DNA of 62,691 bases, counting the filler. It is 4 parts of 4 records of this genome, joined end to end, with 100 filler letters (N's around TTAATTAATTAA, not from the genome) between each part and the next. Parts side by side here need not be neighbours in the genome. Positions count along the whole stretch, not along the records: positions 1 to 25,360 come from SRR20825010_3783; positions 25,461 to 37,173 come from SRR20825010_3792; 2 more parts are not named here. One strand, 5' to 3'. Positions 19,185-29,885 of the stretch are shown here, in pieces (the first letter of the stretch is position 1; each line of letters begins with the position of its first letter). The translations under genes and the position numbers were made by a program. The notes under the pieces are model-generated. The model searched no databases. It was not told the DNA's origin and saw only the letters and a list, made by a program, of their open reading frames with translations.

Positions 19185-21800
19185 ATGATTTCTAAAAATG
19201 CAAACCTCAAGGCATGGTTGCTCTCCGTTGCCATGTTTTTGTCTTGTGCAGCGTTTTCCGTGGCACAAAGTGTTCCCTCCCCCGAGGACGTTTACGGATT
19301 TAGGGTGGGAGCCGATTACAAATTGGCCGATTATTCCCAAATTGAAGACTATTTGTCCAAATTGGACGCTGCTTCCAATAGGGTCAAAAAAATTGAGATC
19401 GGAGAAACGGTACTTGGCCGTAAAATGTACCTGATGTTCATCTCTACGGAAGAAAACCTTGCCCAGCTGGATAAGTGGAAGGACATCAGTACCAAGCTTG
19501 CCCGTGTTCAAGTGAGCGATGACGAAGCCATGAAACTTTCCCAAGAAGGAAAAGCCATCGTCTGGATCGATGGCGGCATGCACTCCACCGAGTTGGCGCA
19601 TGGCCAAATGACTTCCGAACTGGCCTATACCTTGGCTACTTCAGAAACCCTGGAAATGCAAAAGATCAGGGAAAACGTTATCACCCTTTTAATGCCGGTA
19701 ATGAATCCGGATGGATTGGACATAGTTGTTGATTGGTATCGCAAGAATATGGGAACCGCCTATGAAACTTCGCGTCCTCCGATTCTATACCATTATTATA
19801 TGGGACATGACAACAATAGGGATTGGTTTATGAACATTATGCCCGAAACTTATAATGTTACCAAAATATTGTACAATGAATGGTATCCACAAATCGTTTA
19901 CAATCACCACCAATCGTCCCCATCTTGGACCAAGATTTCCATTCCACCCTATGCAGATCCTGTAAACCCAAAAATTCACCCGGCAATAACTGCCGCAGTG
20001 AGCGAAGTAGGTTCCGCAATGTCCAAGCGTTTTTCTTTGGAAAATATGCCCGGCGCCATTGCCGATAATTTTTACACCATGTTCTGGAACGGTGGTGGGC
20101 GCACCGTGCCATATTACCATAATATGATCGGTATTCTGACCGAAACGGGACATACCACACCAACCCCTCGATTCTATGACCCCGAAAAACTGCCAAAAAC
20201 TGTAGCGGGTGGCACCCCTACGGACGGAACGGACATTATGTACCCGGACCCATGGAAAGGTGGTGAATCCCATTTTAGGGATGCCGTGGATTACATGCTT
20301 ACCGCCACTTGGGCCACTTTGGACCTTGCTGCCGACCGCAAGAGCAATTACCTGTACAACATCTATAAAATGGGTAAATCCGCTGTTGAAAAAGGAAAGA
20401 GCGAAGGGTTGTTCGCCTATATCATAAGCAAGGAACAATGGGATTCCTTTGAAGCCGTAAATCTTGTCAACGTGTTGCTCCAAGGAGGAATCGAGGTCGA
20501 AAAAGCCACAAAAGATTTTACCGTCAATGGTAAGGAATACGAAGAAGGTTCCTATATAATCTACACAGCACAAGCCTTTAGACCTTACCTGATGGACCTT
20601 ATGGAAAAACAAAATTATCCAACACGTTTCCAATATCCCGGCGGTCCTCCCGATACCCCATACGATTTGGCAGGATGGACATTGCCAATGCAAATGGGCA
20701 TCGATGTTGATAAAATTGAAGAATCATTCAAAGCTCCGACGGAGAAAGTCAATGGTCTCGTATCGTATTACGATGGCCAAGTAAACAGGAACGGTTCCTT
20801 TGGATATGCCCTTAGTGCAAACACCAATGCTTCCGTGGCGGCAACCAACAAGGTTTTGAAGGCAGGAGGCACGGCATACAAGAGCATGGGCGAATTCAAA
20901 GCAGGAAAAGAAACGTTGCCCGCTGGGTCTTATATTGTTGCCGGGGACAAAGAAATGATAGAATCCCTTGCAGACGAGTACGGTCTTGAATTCACAGGTT
21001 TAGCAGCTAAACCAGAGGTGCAATTGAAGAAAATCCATCTGCCCAAAGTAGGTCTGTACAAATCCTGGGTGGCCAATATGGACGAAGGATGGACCCGTTT
21101 TGTAATGGATGAGTACGAATTTGATATGGATACTTTGCACGATGCGGACATCAAGACCAAAGACCTCTCGCAGTATGATGCCATTATCATTCCATCGCAA
21201 AGACCAAGTTCCATTTTACATGGACATAGCAATTTGAGCATGCCCGAAAAATTCACAGGAGGCATTGGCCTAAAAGGGTCCATGGCGCTTAGCGACTATG
21301 TGGATGCAGGTGGAACCTTGATTGCTTTTGATGAAGCAAGTGACTTTGTAATAGAACAATTCGGGTTGCCATTGCGCGATGCTGTTGAAGGTGCTGATAG
21401 CAAAGATTTCTTTATTCCAGGATCTTTGATCAAGGCTGGTGTGGACACGTCCCATCCATTGGCCTTTGGTATGAAGGATACCGTTGCCGTTTCATTTAAC
21501 CGAAGTAGGGCCTTTACCATTGATAAACAACGGAAAACAGGTGAAGGAGGCACGGAGGACATCAAAGATGCTCCAGCACCCGATGTTGAGGTAATAGCCA
21601 CCTATGCCGCCAAAGACCTATTGATGAGTGGTTGGGCCATGGGCGAAGACCGGTACATTGCCAAAAAGCCAGCCATGGTAAAAGCAAAGTATGGAAAAGG
21701 TTCCGCCATTTTGTTCGCGTTCCGGCCACAATTTAGGGCGCAGCCTCGCGGCACTTACAAATTGATTTTTAACGCGATTTACGAAGGCGCTTCGGAATAG
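19185..21800 (+). CDS. Secreted M14 zinc carboxypeptidase with C-terminal GATase-like domain
   Basis: Signal peptide; HSTE, NPDG, DNNRDW and NHHQ zinc motifs; PYDLAGWTLP; DEGWTR. Confidence 0.88.
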   Translation: MISKNANLKAWLLSVAMFLSCAAFSVAQSVPSPEDVYGFRVGADYKLADYSQIEDYLSKLDAASNRVKKIEIGETVLGRKMYLMFISTEENLAQLDKWKDISTKLARVQVSDDEAMKLSQEGKAIVWIDGGMHSTELAHGQMTSELAYTLATSETLEMQKIRENVITLLMPVMNPDGLDIVVDWYRKNMGTAYETSRPPILYHYYMGHDNNRDWFMNIMPETYNVTKILYNEWYPQIVYNHHQSSPSWTKISIPPYADPVNPKIHPAITAAVSEVGSAMSKRFSLENMPGAIADNFYTMFWNGGGRTVPYYHNMIGILTETGHTTPTPRFYDPEKLPKTVAGGTPTDGTDIMYPDPWKGGESHFRDAVDYMLTATWATLDLAADRKSNYLYNIYKMGKSAVEKGKSEGLFAYIISKEQWDSFEAVNLVNVLLQGGIEVEKATKDFTVNGKEYEEGSYIIYTAQAFRPYLMDLMEKQNYPTRFQYPGGPPDTPYDLAGWTLPMQMGIDVDKIEESFKAPTEKVNGLVSYYDGQVNRNGSFGYALSANTNASVAATNKVLKAGGTAYKSMGEFKAGKETLPAGSYIVAGDKEMIESLADEYGLEFTGLAAKPEVQLKKIHLPKVGLYKSWVANMDEGWTRFVMDEYEFDMDTLHDADIKTKDLSQYDAIIIPSQRPSSILHGHSNLSMPEKFTGGIGLKGSMALSDYVDAGGTLIAFDEASDFVIEQFGLPLRDAVEGADSKDFFIPGSLIKAGVDTSHPLAFGMKDTVAVSFNRSRAFTIDKQRKTGEGGTEDIKDAPAPDVEVIATYAAKDLLMSGWAMGEDRYIAKKPAMVKAKYGKGSAILFAFRPQFRAQPRGTYKLIFNAIYEGASE

Positions 21801-21824
21801 CAGAAAGCATATGAGTATATAAGG

Positions 21825-21858
21825 AAAGGCCGCATCAAAATTGATGCGGCCTTTTTTT
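21825..21858 (+). terminator. Rho-independent terminator
   Basis: AAAGGCCGCATCAA-AA-TTGATGCGGCCTTTTTTT. Confidence 0.9.
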
Positions 21859-21980
21859 GTGTTCGTCTTGTGCGAAATTTAAATAAAATAATCACTGCAC
21901 CAAAGTGCTTGTAATTTTTTCATCAGTAAAACATTCAAAACCCAAGTATCAAATAATATTGGCTAAAAGCTCTGACTAAA

Positions 21981-23645
21981 CTATGAATGGCTTTCGCCCT
22001 CCAGTTCCCTTGCAATCCACGCAAAACTGTCCTGAACCTTAGGAAAAACTTGTTCTATCGGAACCAAATCGGGAATAATGTCAATATTTTCTATGAGCTG
22101 TTTGGGCTGTTCCTTCAAACCTGTTAAAACGGTTTTCACGTTTTTCTTGGATAATTCGAATATAATATTCTCCAAGGCATAGACCCCGGACTGGTCGATA
22201 TGGGGAACACGATCCATACGTATAACCAGTATTTTTATATTCTCGTCAATATTTTTTATTTGATCCTGAAAATAAGTGGAAAAACCAAAAAACAACGGCC
22301 CGTTCAAATGTTTTATGTATACATGGTCCTTGTATCTCTCATAAAAATTCTCCTCGTCAAGCCAAGGCTTTTCACCCTCAAAACCTGCAATGGTACCAAC
22401 GTCCATGCCTTTTTCCCCAATATCGCTAGCGCGTTTCATAAACAACAATGCCGCCAAGGTTACCCCGACTCCAACAGCTTGGATCAGACTGCCAAATGTG
22501 GTCCATAGTAAGACGATGATCAGCACCACAGAGTCAGCCTTGGGCATAACCCTCATGTGCCTGATACCACGTTTATCTATAATCTTAAATCCAATAGGAA
22601 TCAATATTCCTGCCAGTACGGCCAAGGGAATATAAGCTGCTAGCGAACTTAGTCCCAATAAAACGGCCAAAAGAAATGTACCGTGCAAAGCTCCTGAAAG
22701 CCTTGTTTTACCACCATTATTGATGTTTACCACGGTTCCCTTCGTAGCTCCTGCACCAGGTATGCCCCCAATCAATGCTGCTACCATATTGCCAATACCT
22801 TGGCCAATTAGTTCGCGATTGCTATTATGTTTGGTCTTGGTCATATTATCTGCAATTACCGAGGTCAATAGTGAGTCAATTGAACCCAAAACCGCCAAGA
22901 CGAGTCCATATTCCAAAACCATAAAATAGGCTTCACTATCAATACTGAAAAGGCCATCTATTTGCAATGACGGTAATCCCGAAGGTATTTCACCTATGAT
23001 AGGAACATCCCAATTTATGAAAAAGGAAAAGATGGATACGGCAATCAAGGCCACCAGAGCACTGGGCACGGTCTTATTGATTTTTGGAAAGAGGTAATAA
23101 ATTATCACCGTCATTGCCCCCAAAACCAAAGCTTGCCAATTAAATTCAGAAAATAATCTGGGCAGATCCGACATTACCTTTACAGTGGATTTTGCCGAAT
23201 CCAAACCAACGAACGGGAATATTTGCAAGATGATGATAATGAGTCCCACACCGCTCATAAAGCCTGAAATTACGGGATATGGAAAATATTTGATATATCC
23301 GGCAATGTTTACAAGCCCGAAAATTATCTGCAATACGCCGCCGACAAAGAAACTCAGAATAATGATGCCCATTGCACTTTCCAAACTTCCTGTCAAATCA
23401 ACGGCACTGGCCACCAAAGCAGCCGAAACCACGGTCATTGGTCCGGTAGGGCCGCTAGCTTGTGTTTTTGTTCCCCCAAACAAGGCGGCAAGTATTCCAA
23501 TTGCGATTGCACCGTACAGCCCTGAGATTGCACCGAGACCGGATTGCACACCAAAAGCCAATGCCAGCGGTAGCGCTACGATGCCCGCCACGAGTCCGCC
23601 AGTAAAATCGCCTTTTAAATATTTTGTATCGTAAAATTTTGCCAT
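21981..23645 (-). CDS. SulP family anion (bicarbonate/sulfate) transporter with STAS domain
   Basis: GDFTGGLVAGIVALPLALAFG, SGPTGPM, ELIGQGIGN, GPLFFG and IDQSG. Confidence 0.93.
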   Translation of the reverse strand: MAKFYDTKYLKGDFTGGLVAGIVALPLALAFGVQSGLGAISGLYGAIAIGILAALFGGTKTQASGPTGPMTVVSAALVASAVDLTGSLESAMGIIILSFFVGGVLQIIFGLVNIAGYIKYFPYPVISGFMSGVGLIIIILQIFPFVGLDSAKSTVKVMSDLPRLFSEFNWQALVLGAMTVIIYYLFPKINKTVPSALVALIAVSIFSFFINWDVPIIGEIPSGLPSLQIDGLFSIDSEAYFMVLEYGLVLAVLGSIDSLLTSVIADNMTKTKHNSNRELIGQGIGNMVAALIGGIPGAGATKGTVVNINNGGKTRLSGALHGTFLLAVLLGLSSLAAYIPLAVLAGILIPIGFKIIDKRGIRHMRVMPKADSVVLIIVLLWTTFGSLIQAVGVGVTLAALLFMKRASDIGEKGMDVGTIAGFEGEKPWLDEENFYERYKDHVYIKHLNGPLFFGFSTYFQDQIKNIDENIKILVIRMDRVPHIDQSGVYALENIIFELSKKNVKTVLTGLKEQPKQLIENIDIIPDLVPIEQVFPKVQDSFAWIARELEGESHS

Positions 23646-23934
23646 AATTGGTTAGGTTCTATTGTGAGTTTTATTTTACTTGAAATTTACAACTTTCGAA
23701 ATTAACCCTCGAGCCTTTGGTCCTTTATCTTGGTCTCAGGACATTCATTGTTACATAAATATCTATCGGCATGCGCCTTGTCCACTACTCTACGGATTGG
23801 TTCGACCATGTTCTTGAAATTCCCATCCGACCAGACAATTCTTTGCTGTGGTCCATGGCCAACTCCTGCGGAATCTTCATGAACGAATCATATTAGAAGA
23901 AATAGAGTTTCAAAAAAAGCAAAGGAAAAAAAGG

Positions 23935-24690
23935 TTATTTAAACAAAATCGCCACCGCACCGATTGCCGTCACGATCAAAATAAAGCGCTTATAATTCTT
24001 TTCGTTGATTTTCTTCACCAAGAAAACACCCAAAACCAAACCAATAAGAATGGCGGGCAGTAGCCTTAAGTTGATCAGAAGGCTTTCAACCGTAACCGTT
24101 TTCCAAACAAATACATGAAAAGGAAGTTTGAATAAATTAGTGATGAAGAACAGCCACGCGGCCGTACCCACAAATTCGTTCTTGGGCAATCGCATTGCCA
24201 AAAAGAAAATATTGGTGAAGGCCCCGGCCAAGTTGCCGATCATGGTACAGATTCCTGCCAAAATTCCCATGGAGCCCGAAAACAACCAATGGGTGGGCAC
24301 GGTTTGGGACTTTCTTCTGTCCCACCAAATGAGCATCGCCAAACTTATAAATATCACGATCACCATTCCCCATTTAAATTCCCATTCAGGGAGGTCCTTG
24401 CCGACCAAAACCCCGATGAGTATTCCAAGAATCATCCATGGAATAAACTTAAAAATATATTTCCATTGGGCATGCCGGTTGTAATAGACCACCGCAAAAA
24501 TATCCCCAACAATGAGAAGTGGAATAAAAAGCCCCGTGGAAGCTCTCGAGCCAAAGGCCAAGGCCATAAGGGTCACATTGAAAATGGACATCCCCTTAAG
24601 CCCTGCTTTGGAGACCCCCATTAAAAAGGCAGCAGTAGCGGCCATGGTCCATGCAGCAACAGAAATATCCGAAAAAGTTGAAAGAAACAT
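23935..24690 (-). CDS. Sulfite exporter TauE/SafE family protein
   Basis: 251 aa, hydrophobic; G.SKAG, NLAG and NLFKLPF motifs. Confidence 0.82.
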   Translation of the reverse strand: MFLSTFSDISVAAWTMAATAAFLMGVSKAGLKGMSIFNVTLMALAFGSRASTGLFIPLLIVGDIFAVVYYNRHAQWKYIFKFIPWMILGILIGVLVGKDLPEWEFKWGMVIVIFISLAMLIWWDRRKSQTVPTHWLFSGSMGILAGICTMIGNLAGAFTNIFFLAMRLPKNEFVGTAAWLFFITNLFKLPFHVFVWKTVTVESLLINLRLLPAILIGLVLGVFLVKKINEKNYKRFILIVTAIGAVAILFK

Positions 24691-24759
24691 GAGGATTTTT
24701 TTGCAGGTTCACAAAAGTAACCCAAAAAAACTATCTTTAACTCCAGCCAAACTAAACAA

Positions 24760-25360
24760 ATGAAATTAGAGCTTTTAGATTACACCATCATTTTTGGATT
24801 TTTTGCCCTAGTCCTTTTCATTGGAGTATATGTTTCAAAAAAATCCGGACAAAATTCAACAGAGTACTTTTTATCTGGCCGAAGTATGCCCTGGTGGCTT
24901 TTGGGGTTGTCCATGGTCGCAACCACTTTTTCGACCGATACGCCCAACTTGGTCACCGATTTGGTCCGCTCCAATGGAGTTTCGGGAAACTGGGGATGGT
25001 GGTGCTTTTTGTTGACAGGGATGTTGACCGTTTTTGTGTACGCCAAGCTTTGGAGAAAATCCAATGTGAAAACGGATCTGGAATTTTACGAATTGCGATA
25101 TGGGGGGAAGGCAGCAAGCTTTTTAAGAAAGTTCAGGGCCATTTATCTTGGGGTATTGTTTAATGTAATCACCATGGCTTCCGTCACCTTGGCCGCTATA
25201 AAGATAGGTGGCGTTATGTTGGGGCTGGAGCCTTGGGTAACCGTGGTAAGTGCAGGCCTGATCACTGTTGTTTTTAGTGCTCTTGGTGGATTTAAGGGCG
25301 TTGTCTATAGTGATTTTTTCCTGTTTTTTATGGCAATGGCGGGTGCAATAGGGGCAGCAT
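24760..25360 (+). CDS. Sodium:solute symporter family protein (3'-truncated at contig end)
   Basis: EYFLSGRSMPWW..GLSMVATTFSTDTP; GGFKGVVYSD. Confidence 0.9.
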
Positions 25361-25460
25361 NNNNNNNNNNNNNNNNNNNNNNNNNNNNNNNNNNNNNNNN
25401 NNNNTTAATTAATTAANNNNNNNNNNNNNNNNNNNNNNNNNNNNNNNNNNNNNNNNNNNN
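25361..25460. other. Artificial contig spacer
   Basis: N44-TTAATTAATTAA-N44; genes truncated on both sides; abrupt GC change. Confidence 0.99.
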
Positions 25461-26201
25461 GTCGATGAAGATCACGCCCGGCTCGGCATAGGCATAGGTC
25501 GCGGCCATGATCTTGTCCCAGAGATCGCGCGCCTGCACGGTCTTGTAGACGGTGCCGTCGAAGACAAGGTCCCACGACTCGTCCTGCTTCACCGCTTCCA
25601 TGAACGGATCGGTGGCCAAGACGGAGAGATTGAACATGCGCAGCCGGGCCGGATCCTGCTTCGCCTCGATGAAGGCTTCCACGTCCGGATGGTCGCAGCG
25701 CAGCGTCGCCATCATGGCGCCGCGGCGGGAGCCCGCGCTCATGATGGTGCGGCACATGGCGTCCCAGACATCCATGAAGGAAAGCGGGCCGGACGCATCC
25801 GCCGCCACGCCGTGCACCCGGGCGCCGCGCGGCCGGATGGTGGAGAAATCGTAACCGATGCCGCCACCCTGTTGCATGGTCAGGGCCGCTTCCTTCAGAC
25901 CCTCGAAGATCCCGGCCATATTGTCCGGAACCGTGCCCATGACGAAACAGTTGAACAGTGTGACTTGCCGTCCGGTGCCGGCACCGGCGAAGATCCGGCC
26001 GGCGGGCAGATAACGGAAATCGGCGAGCGCGGTATAGAACTTCTCCGCCCAGGCTTCCTGGTCGGTCTCGACCTCGGCGAGGGCGCGTGCGACGCGCTGC
26101 CAGCTCTCCTCGATCGTGCGATCGATCGGCTCGCCATCTGCGGTCTTCAGGCGGTACTTCATGTCCCAAATCTGCTGGGAAACCGGGGCGATTGAAGTCA
26201 T
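25461..26201 (-). CDS. nrdJ: Adenosylcobalamin-dependent (class II) ribonucleotide reductase, 5' part
   Basis: PAGRIFAGAG, TLFNCFV, GGGIGYDFS, RRGAMMA and EPGVIFID. Confidence 0.93.
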
Positions 26202-26229
26202 TCCGGGCTCGTCCGTTCTGTCTCGTCAA

Positions 26230-26276
26230 ACACTATATATAGCTGCGCGCTATCGGGAGAACGCTATATATATACA
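26230..26276. promoter_or_regulatory. Tandem NrdR boxes
   Basis: ACACTATATATAGCTG (26230-26245) and ACGCTATATATATACA (26261-26276), 31 bp apart, directly upstream of nrdJ. Confidence 0.8.
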
Positions 26277-26331
26277 TCGATGGCACATGTCCATTGCTGC
26301 GCGCCGAAACATCAGCATAACACGATAAGCC

Positions 26332-27027
26332 TCAACCCGACATCACCGAAGCCGCCGTCACGCGCAGCCAAGCAGCCTGATACTTGACGTATTCCGAGAC
26401 CATCAGGAAGCGCGAGTGTGGCGATTTCCACCATTCGGCAAGGCCGGGATAGGCCGGGCGCACCGGGTATTCGGTGATCTCGATATCCGGCATGGCGGCA
26501 TGGAATTCGATTCGCGAGCGGGCCATGTGATAGTTCGAGGTGACCAGGATCATGGAGCGGTAGCCACCCGCCCGCATCCAGCCGGCCGCCTCTTCCGCAT
26601 TGCCGATCGTGTCATGGGCGCCATAGCCGAGCGCGACGCAGCAGGCCATTTTGGCGGCATCGATGGACACGCCGCTTTCCGCCACGGCGGAACGGAATTC
26701 GGGCGGGCTGACGATATCGTTGACCCCGGTCACCAGCAGGGCTTTCGCATGCCCCTCGAGCAACAGGGAGACCGCGACGGGCACCCGGCGGCTGCCGCCG
26801 GTCAGCACCACGATGGCATCGGCCTGCGGAGCAGCACCCGGCGCATCGGACGGCATGACAGCGAGGAACCAGAAAAACCCGCCGATCCATAAACCGGCCG
26901 CAACGACGGCGACACTCAGCATTCCGACGAGCCACCCCCTGAGCGGTCCGGCCTTCCAGTTCCGGCCTTTCTCCCCACTGCCCTGCTGGCTTTCCTGCCG
27001 GTTTCCCTGATGATCTTCCGCGCTCAC
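26332..27027 (-). CDS. YdcF/ElyC (DUF218) family protein
   Basis: DAIVVLTGG..R, DTIGNA and LVTSNYHMARS..EY.K; GTG start overlapping the ftsX stop (start uncertain). Confidence 0.88.
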   Translation of the reverse strand: MSAEDHQGNRQESQQGSGEKGRNWKAGPLRGWLVGMLSVAVVAAGLWIGGFFWFLAVMPSDAPGAAPQADAIVVLTGGSRRVPVAVSLLLEGHAKALLVTGVNDIVSPPEFRSAVAESGVSIDAAKMACCVALGYGAHDTIGNAEEAAGWMRAGGYRSMILVTSNYHMARSRIEFHAAMPDIEITEYPVRPAYPGLAEWWKSPHSRFLMVSEYVKYQAAWLRVTAASVMSG

Positions 27028-27929
27028 GGGTTCATCCTTCGAAGCGCACCAAGCACGGAGAAGCGCGCGGCAATCCAGGCAACAAAGGCAACCAGCACCG
27101 GGGCCGACGCGATCAGCAGCCATTCGATAATTCCGGCGGGCAGTCCGCCGAGCAGGGTCGGGATCAGATTGGCGCTGTCCACCGTTTCCGGCTCCAGCGC
27201 GGCCGCGCCACCGGCCAGCGTCGCAATCGCAAGAAACCCGCCGACCAGACCGCCGCGCAATGCCATTTTCAGGACATGGGCCTGGAATTCGGACGCGATA
27301 TAGCCGTCGCGCGCGCCGATCAGATGCAGGATGGCAATCACCTCGCGGTGGATCGAGACCGAGGTGCGGACGGCGAAGATCACGGCGACGACGGAAGCGC
27401 CCATGACCAGTGCCAGTACCGTCAATCCAAGCGCCTCGACAGCCCGGGTCAGTTTCGCCACATGGCCCATCCACTGGGTATGGGCTTCGACCATGGCGCC
27501 GGGGAAAAGCTCACCCAGACGGGATTCGAACTGCTTCAGGTCGATCTCCGGCGGCGCGGCGAAATGCAGGTCGAACAGGCGTGGCAACGGCAGCTCCGCC
27601 GCCAGATCGGCCCCGAGCCAGGGCGCCAGCAACTCGGCGCTGCTGGAGGTGTCGACCCGGACCATCCGGATAACCCCCGGCAATTGCCGCATCATCCGTT
27701 CCGCCTGGCTCAGGCGCGGGGCGTCGCTGCCCTCCGATACCGCCGACGGAATCTGCACCGTGACCACGCTGCCAAGGGCAAAATCCCAGCGCGCGGCAAG
27801 CTGGTGCGAGGTCACCGCGCCGACCGAGGCGAGCACAGCGAAATAACACATGATGCCAAGCAGCCAGGGCAGGTAGCGGGCGGATGGATCGTGCGACAAT
27901 GGAATGTCGCCGCGGGTCATCAGGGCCAT
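27024..27929 (-). CDS. ftsX: Cell division permease FtsX
   Basis: 4-TM layout; LLAPWLG..LPLPRL; I.ILHLIGARDGYIA.EF; follows ftsE. Confidence 0.88.
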   Translation of the reverse strand: MALMTRGDIPLSHDPSARYLPWLLGIMCYFAVLASVGAVTSHQLAARWDFALGSVVTVQIPSAVSEGSDAPRLSQAERMMRQLPGVIRMVRVDTSSSAELLAPWLGADLAAELPLPRLFDLHFAAPPEIDLKQFESRLGELFPGAMVEAHTQWMGHVAKLTRAVEALGLTVLALVMGASVVAVIFAVRTSVSIHREVIAILHLIGARDGYIASEFQAHVLKMALRGGLVGGFLAIATLAGGAAALEPETVDSANLIPTLLGGLPAGIIEWLLIASAPVLVAFVAWIAARFSVLGALRRMNP

Positions 27930-27933
27930 GGAA

Positions 27934-28677
27934 TCAGCCCCCGTGGCGATGCTGGCTGGAGCCCGTGCCGGCAGTGGCGGCGCCGACCGGGCGCGGTGCG
28001 CTGCGCCGGCTACCCGCCCCCCGGACACGGGTCACCCGCCCGCCATCGACATTGAGGCAGGGATGGGTGAAACGCTCCACCAGCGCCCGATTATGGGTCG
28101 CGATCAGCACCGTCGTGCCCATCTTGTGCAGTTCCTCGAAGAGATAGAGCAGCCGGACGGCCACGCCGTCATCGACATTGCCCGTCGGCTCGTCTGCGAG
28201 CAAGAGCTGCGGCCGGCCGATCACCGCACGGGCAATGGCCACGCGCTGCTGCTGTCCGCCGGACAGGGTATGCGGCAGGGCATCGAAATGACCGGACAGG
28301 CCGACCCATTCGAGCAGTTCCGGCACATATTCGCGGATCGCCGATTCGCGAGCCCCCGCGATGCGCAGCGGCAGCGCGACATTATCCAGCGCGCTCAGAT
28401 GCTGGATCAGCCGGAAATCCTGAAACACGATACCGATACGCCGGCGCAGCGCCGGGATACCGTCCCGGCCGATGCTGGCCGCATTCTGGCCGAACAGGGA
28501 CAACCGGCCGCGCGACGGCTTGAGGCCGAGATACATCAGCTTCAGCAGGCTCGATTTTCCGGCTCCACTGGCCCCGGTGATAAACTGGAACGAGCGCTCC
28601 TCGATCGCGAAACTGACATCGCTGAGGATCGCCGGGCTCCCGGGATAGCGGAGCTCCACCTTGTCAAACTGGATCAC
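27934..28677 (-). CDS. ftsE: Cell division ATP-binding protein FtsE
   Basis: [32 protein letters not shown] and IATH. Confidence 0.93.
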   Translation of the reverse strand: MIQFDKVELRYPGSPAILSDVSFAIEERSFQFITGASGAGKSSLLKLMYLGLKPSRGRLSLFGQNAASIGRDGIPALRRRIGIVFQDFRLIQHLSALDNVALPLRIAGARESAIREYVPELLEWVGLSGHFDALPHTLSGGQQQRVAIARAVIGRPQLLLADEPTGNVDDGVAVRLLYLFEELHKMGTTVLIATHNRALVERFTHPCLNVDGGRVTRVRGAGSRRSAPRPVGAATAGTGSSQHRHGG

Positions 28678-28777
28678 GGCGCGGCGCGCCTCCCTCTCCC
28701 AACACCGGTCCGGCCAGCGAATATGGTCTCGCGGGATTTTCCGGTTGCTCAAGTCCCCATGATTTCAGATCGTCAGC

Positions 28778-28831
28778 GCCATTGAAAGCCCGGCCATTGA
28801 AAGTGCCGGTATTAAAGCACGGGCATTGAAG
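28778..28831. repeat. Four imperfect direct repeats (period 14-15 nt) in the ftsE/zitP divergent intergenic region
   Basis: GCCATTGAAAGCCCG / GCCATTGAAAGTGCC / GGTATTAAAGCACG / GGCATTGAAG. Confidence 0.7.
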
Positions 28832-28902
28832 CGTGGTGGACAGTAGGCGCAGACGCCAGCTTTGCCTATAGTGGCCAGACCGTTAGTGGACAACAGGACC
28901 CC

Positions 28903-29739
28903 ATGAAACTCACCTGTCCCGAATGTACCCAGTCCTTCAGCGTACCGGACAACGCCATCGGCCCCAAGGGCCGCAAGCTCCGGTGCAGCAAGTGCAGCCA
29001 CGAATGGCATCAGACGCTGGAAATGCTGGAGGAAAAGAAGGCACCGAAGCCCGCCGCAAAACCGCGCGCCGCCTTGCCTCCTGCTGTCGAATCGGACGCC
29101 CCCGAACCCTCTGACGGCGAGGAAGAGGAGGTCGTCCCCTTCGGACGATTTGGCAGCGGTGAGGCAGATCCAGAGGCGGAACCCGCCTTCGAAAATGACG
29201 GGCAGGAAGAAGATCAGGAAGGCGTGTTCGGTGCGCCGCCGATCCCGCGCGGCCGCATGCCTCTCTCCCGGCCGCCAAAACGCCGGCGCAAGGGGCTGGT
29301 TGCCGCTGTCGCGGGCGTTGGCGTGCTGATCATACTCGCCATTCTGTTCGGTGCGCGAGGCTCTCTCGTCGCCGCCTGGCCGCCGATCGACCGGCTCTAC
29401 GCCTCGATCGGGCTCGGTGTTCCGGTGATCGGCGAAGATCTGGTGATCCAGAATGTCGCCGCCTGGCGCAAGGCGGACGGCTCTATCGAGCTGCTGGTCA
29501 TCAAGGGAGAGATCCGTAACCCGACGGAACAGATGCAAACCGTTCCGACACTGGCCGGCAAGCTCATGGGCACGCATGGCGACGTCATGCAGGAATGGCT
29601 GTTCCGGGCGGAAAATCAGGTCATGCTGCCGGGCGAGAAGACCAGCTTCGAGTATGAGCTGCCGCAACCCGGCGCCGATGCGGCGGAAGTCACCGTTACC
29701 TTTTCGGAAAAGACCCTCGGCGGCGGCCTCGGATATTAA
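28903..29739 (+). CDS. MJ0042-type zinc-finger, TM and DUF3426 protein (ZitP-like)
   Basis: CPEC...GRKLRCSKCSHEW; acidic/Pro-rich linker; single TM; WP..RLY..IGL; divergent from ftsE. Confidence 0.85.
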   Translation: MKLTCPECTQSFSVPDNAIGPKGRKLRCSKCSHEWHQTLEMLEEKKAPKPAAKPRAALPPAVESDAPEPSDGEEEEVVPFGRFGSGEADPEAEPAFENDGQEEDQEGVFGAPPIPRGRMPLSRPPKRRRKGLVAAVAGVGVLIILAILFGARGSLVAAWPPIDRLYASIGLGVPVIGEDLVIQNVAAWRKADGSIELLVIKGEIRNPTEQMQTVPTLAGKLMGTHGDVMQEWLFRAENQVMLPGEKTSFEYELPQPGADAAEVTVTFSEKTLGGGLGY

Positions 29740-29885
29740 CTTCATTAACCGGGGGTGTACCATTCCCGGCCCGCAGCCAGTGGCCCGGCATAACCGTGTT
29801 CCATTTGCCGTAACGGTTATTAAGCCCTAAAAACATTCTGCCCTGACTATCAGCAAAACTCTCATTTTATCAGGAAATTCCTACT

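Noticed and set aside
25405-25416. TTAATTAATTAA palindrome recurring three times, and ORFs ending in XXX-LIN
   Set aside because: Synthetic spacer inside N runs; not biological.
26202-26331. Cobalamin riboswitch upstream of nrdJ
   Set aside because: Only 130 nt with no B12-box; NrdR boxes explain the region.
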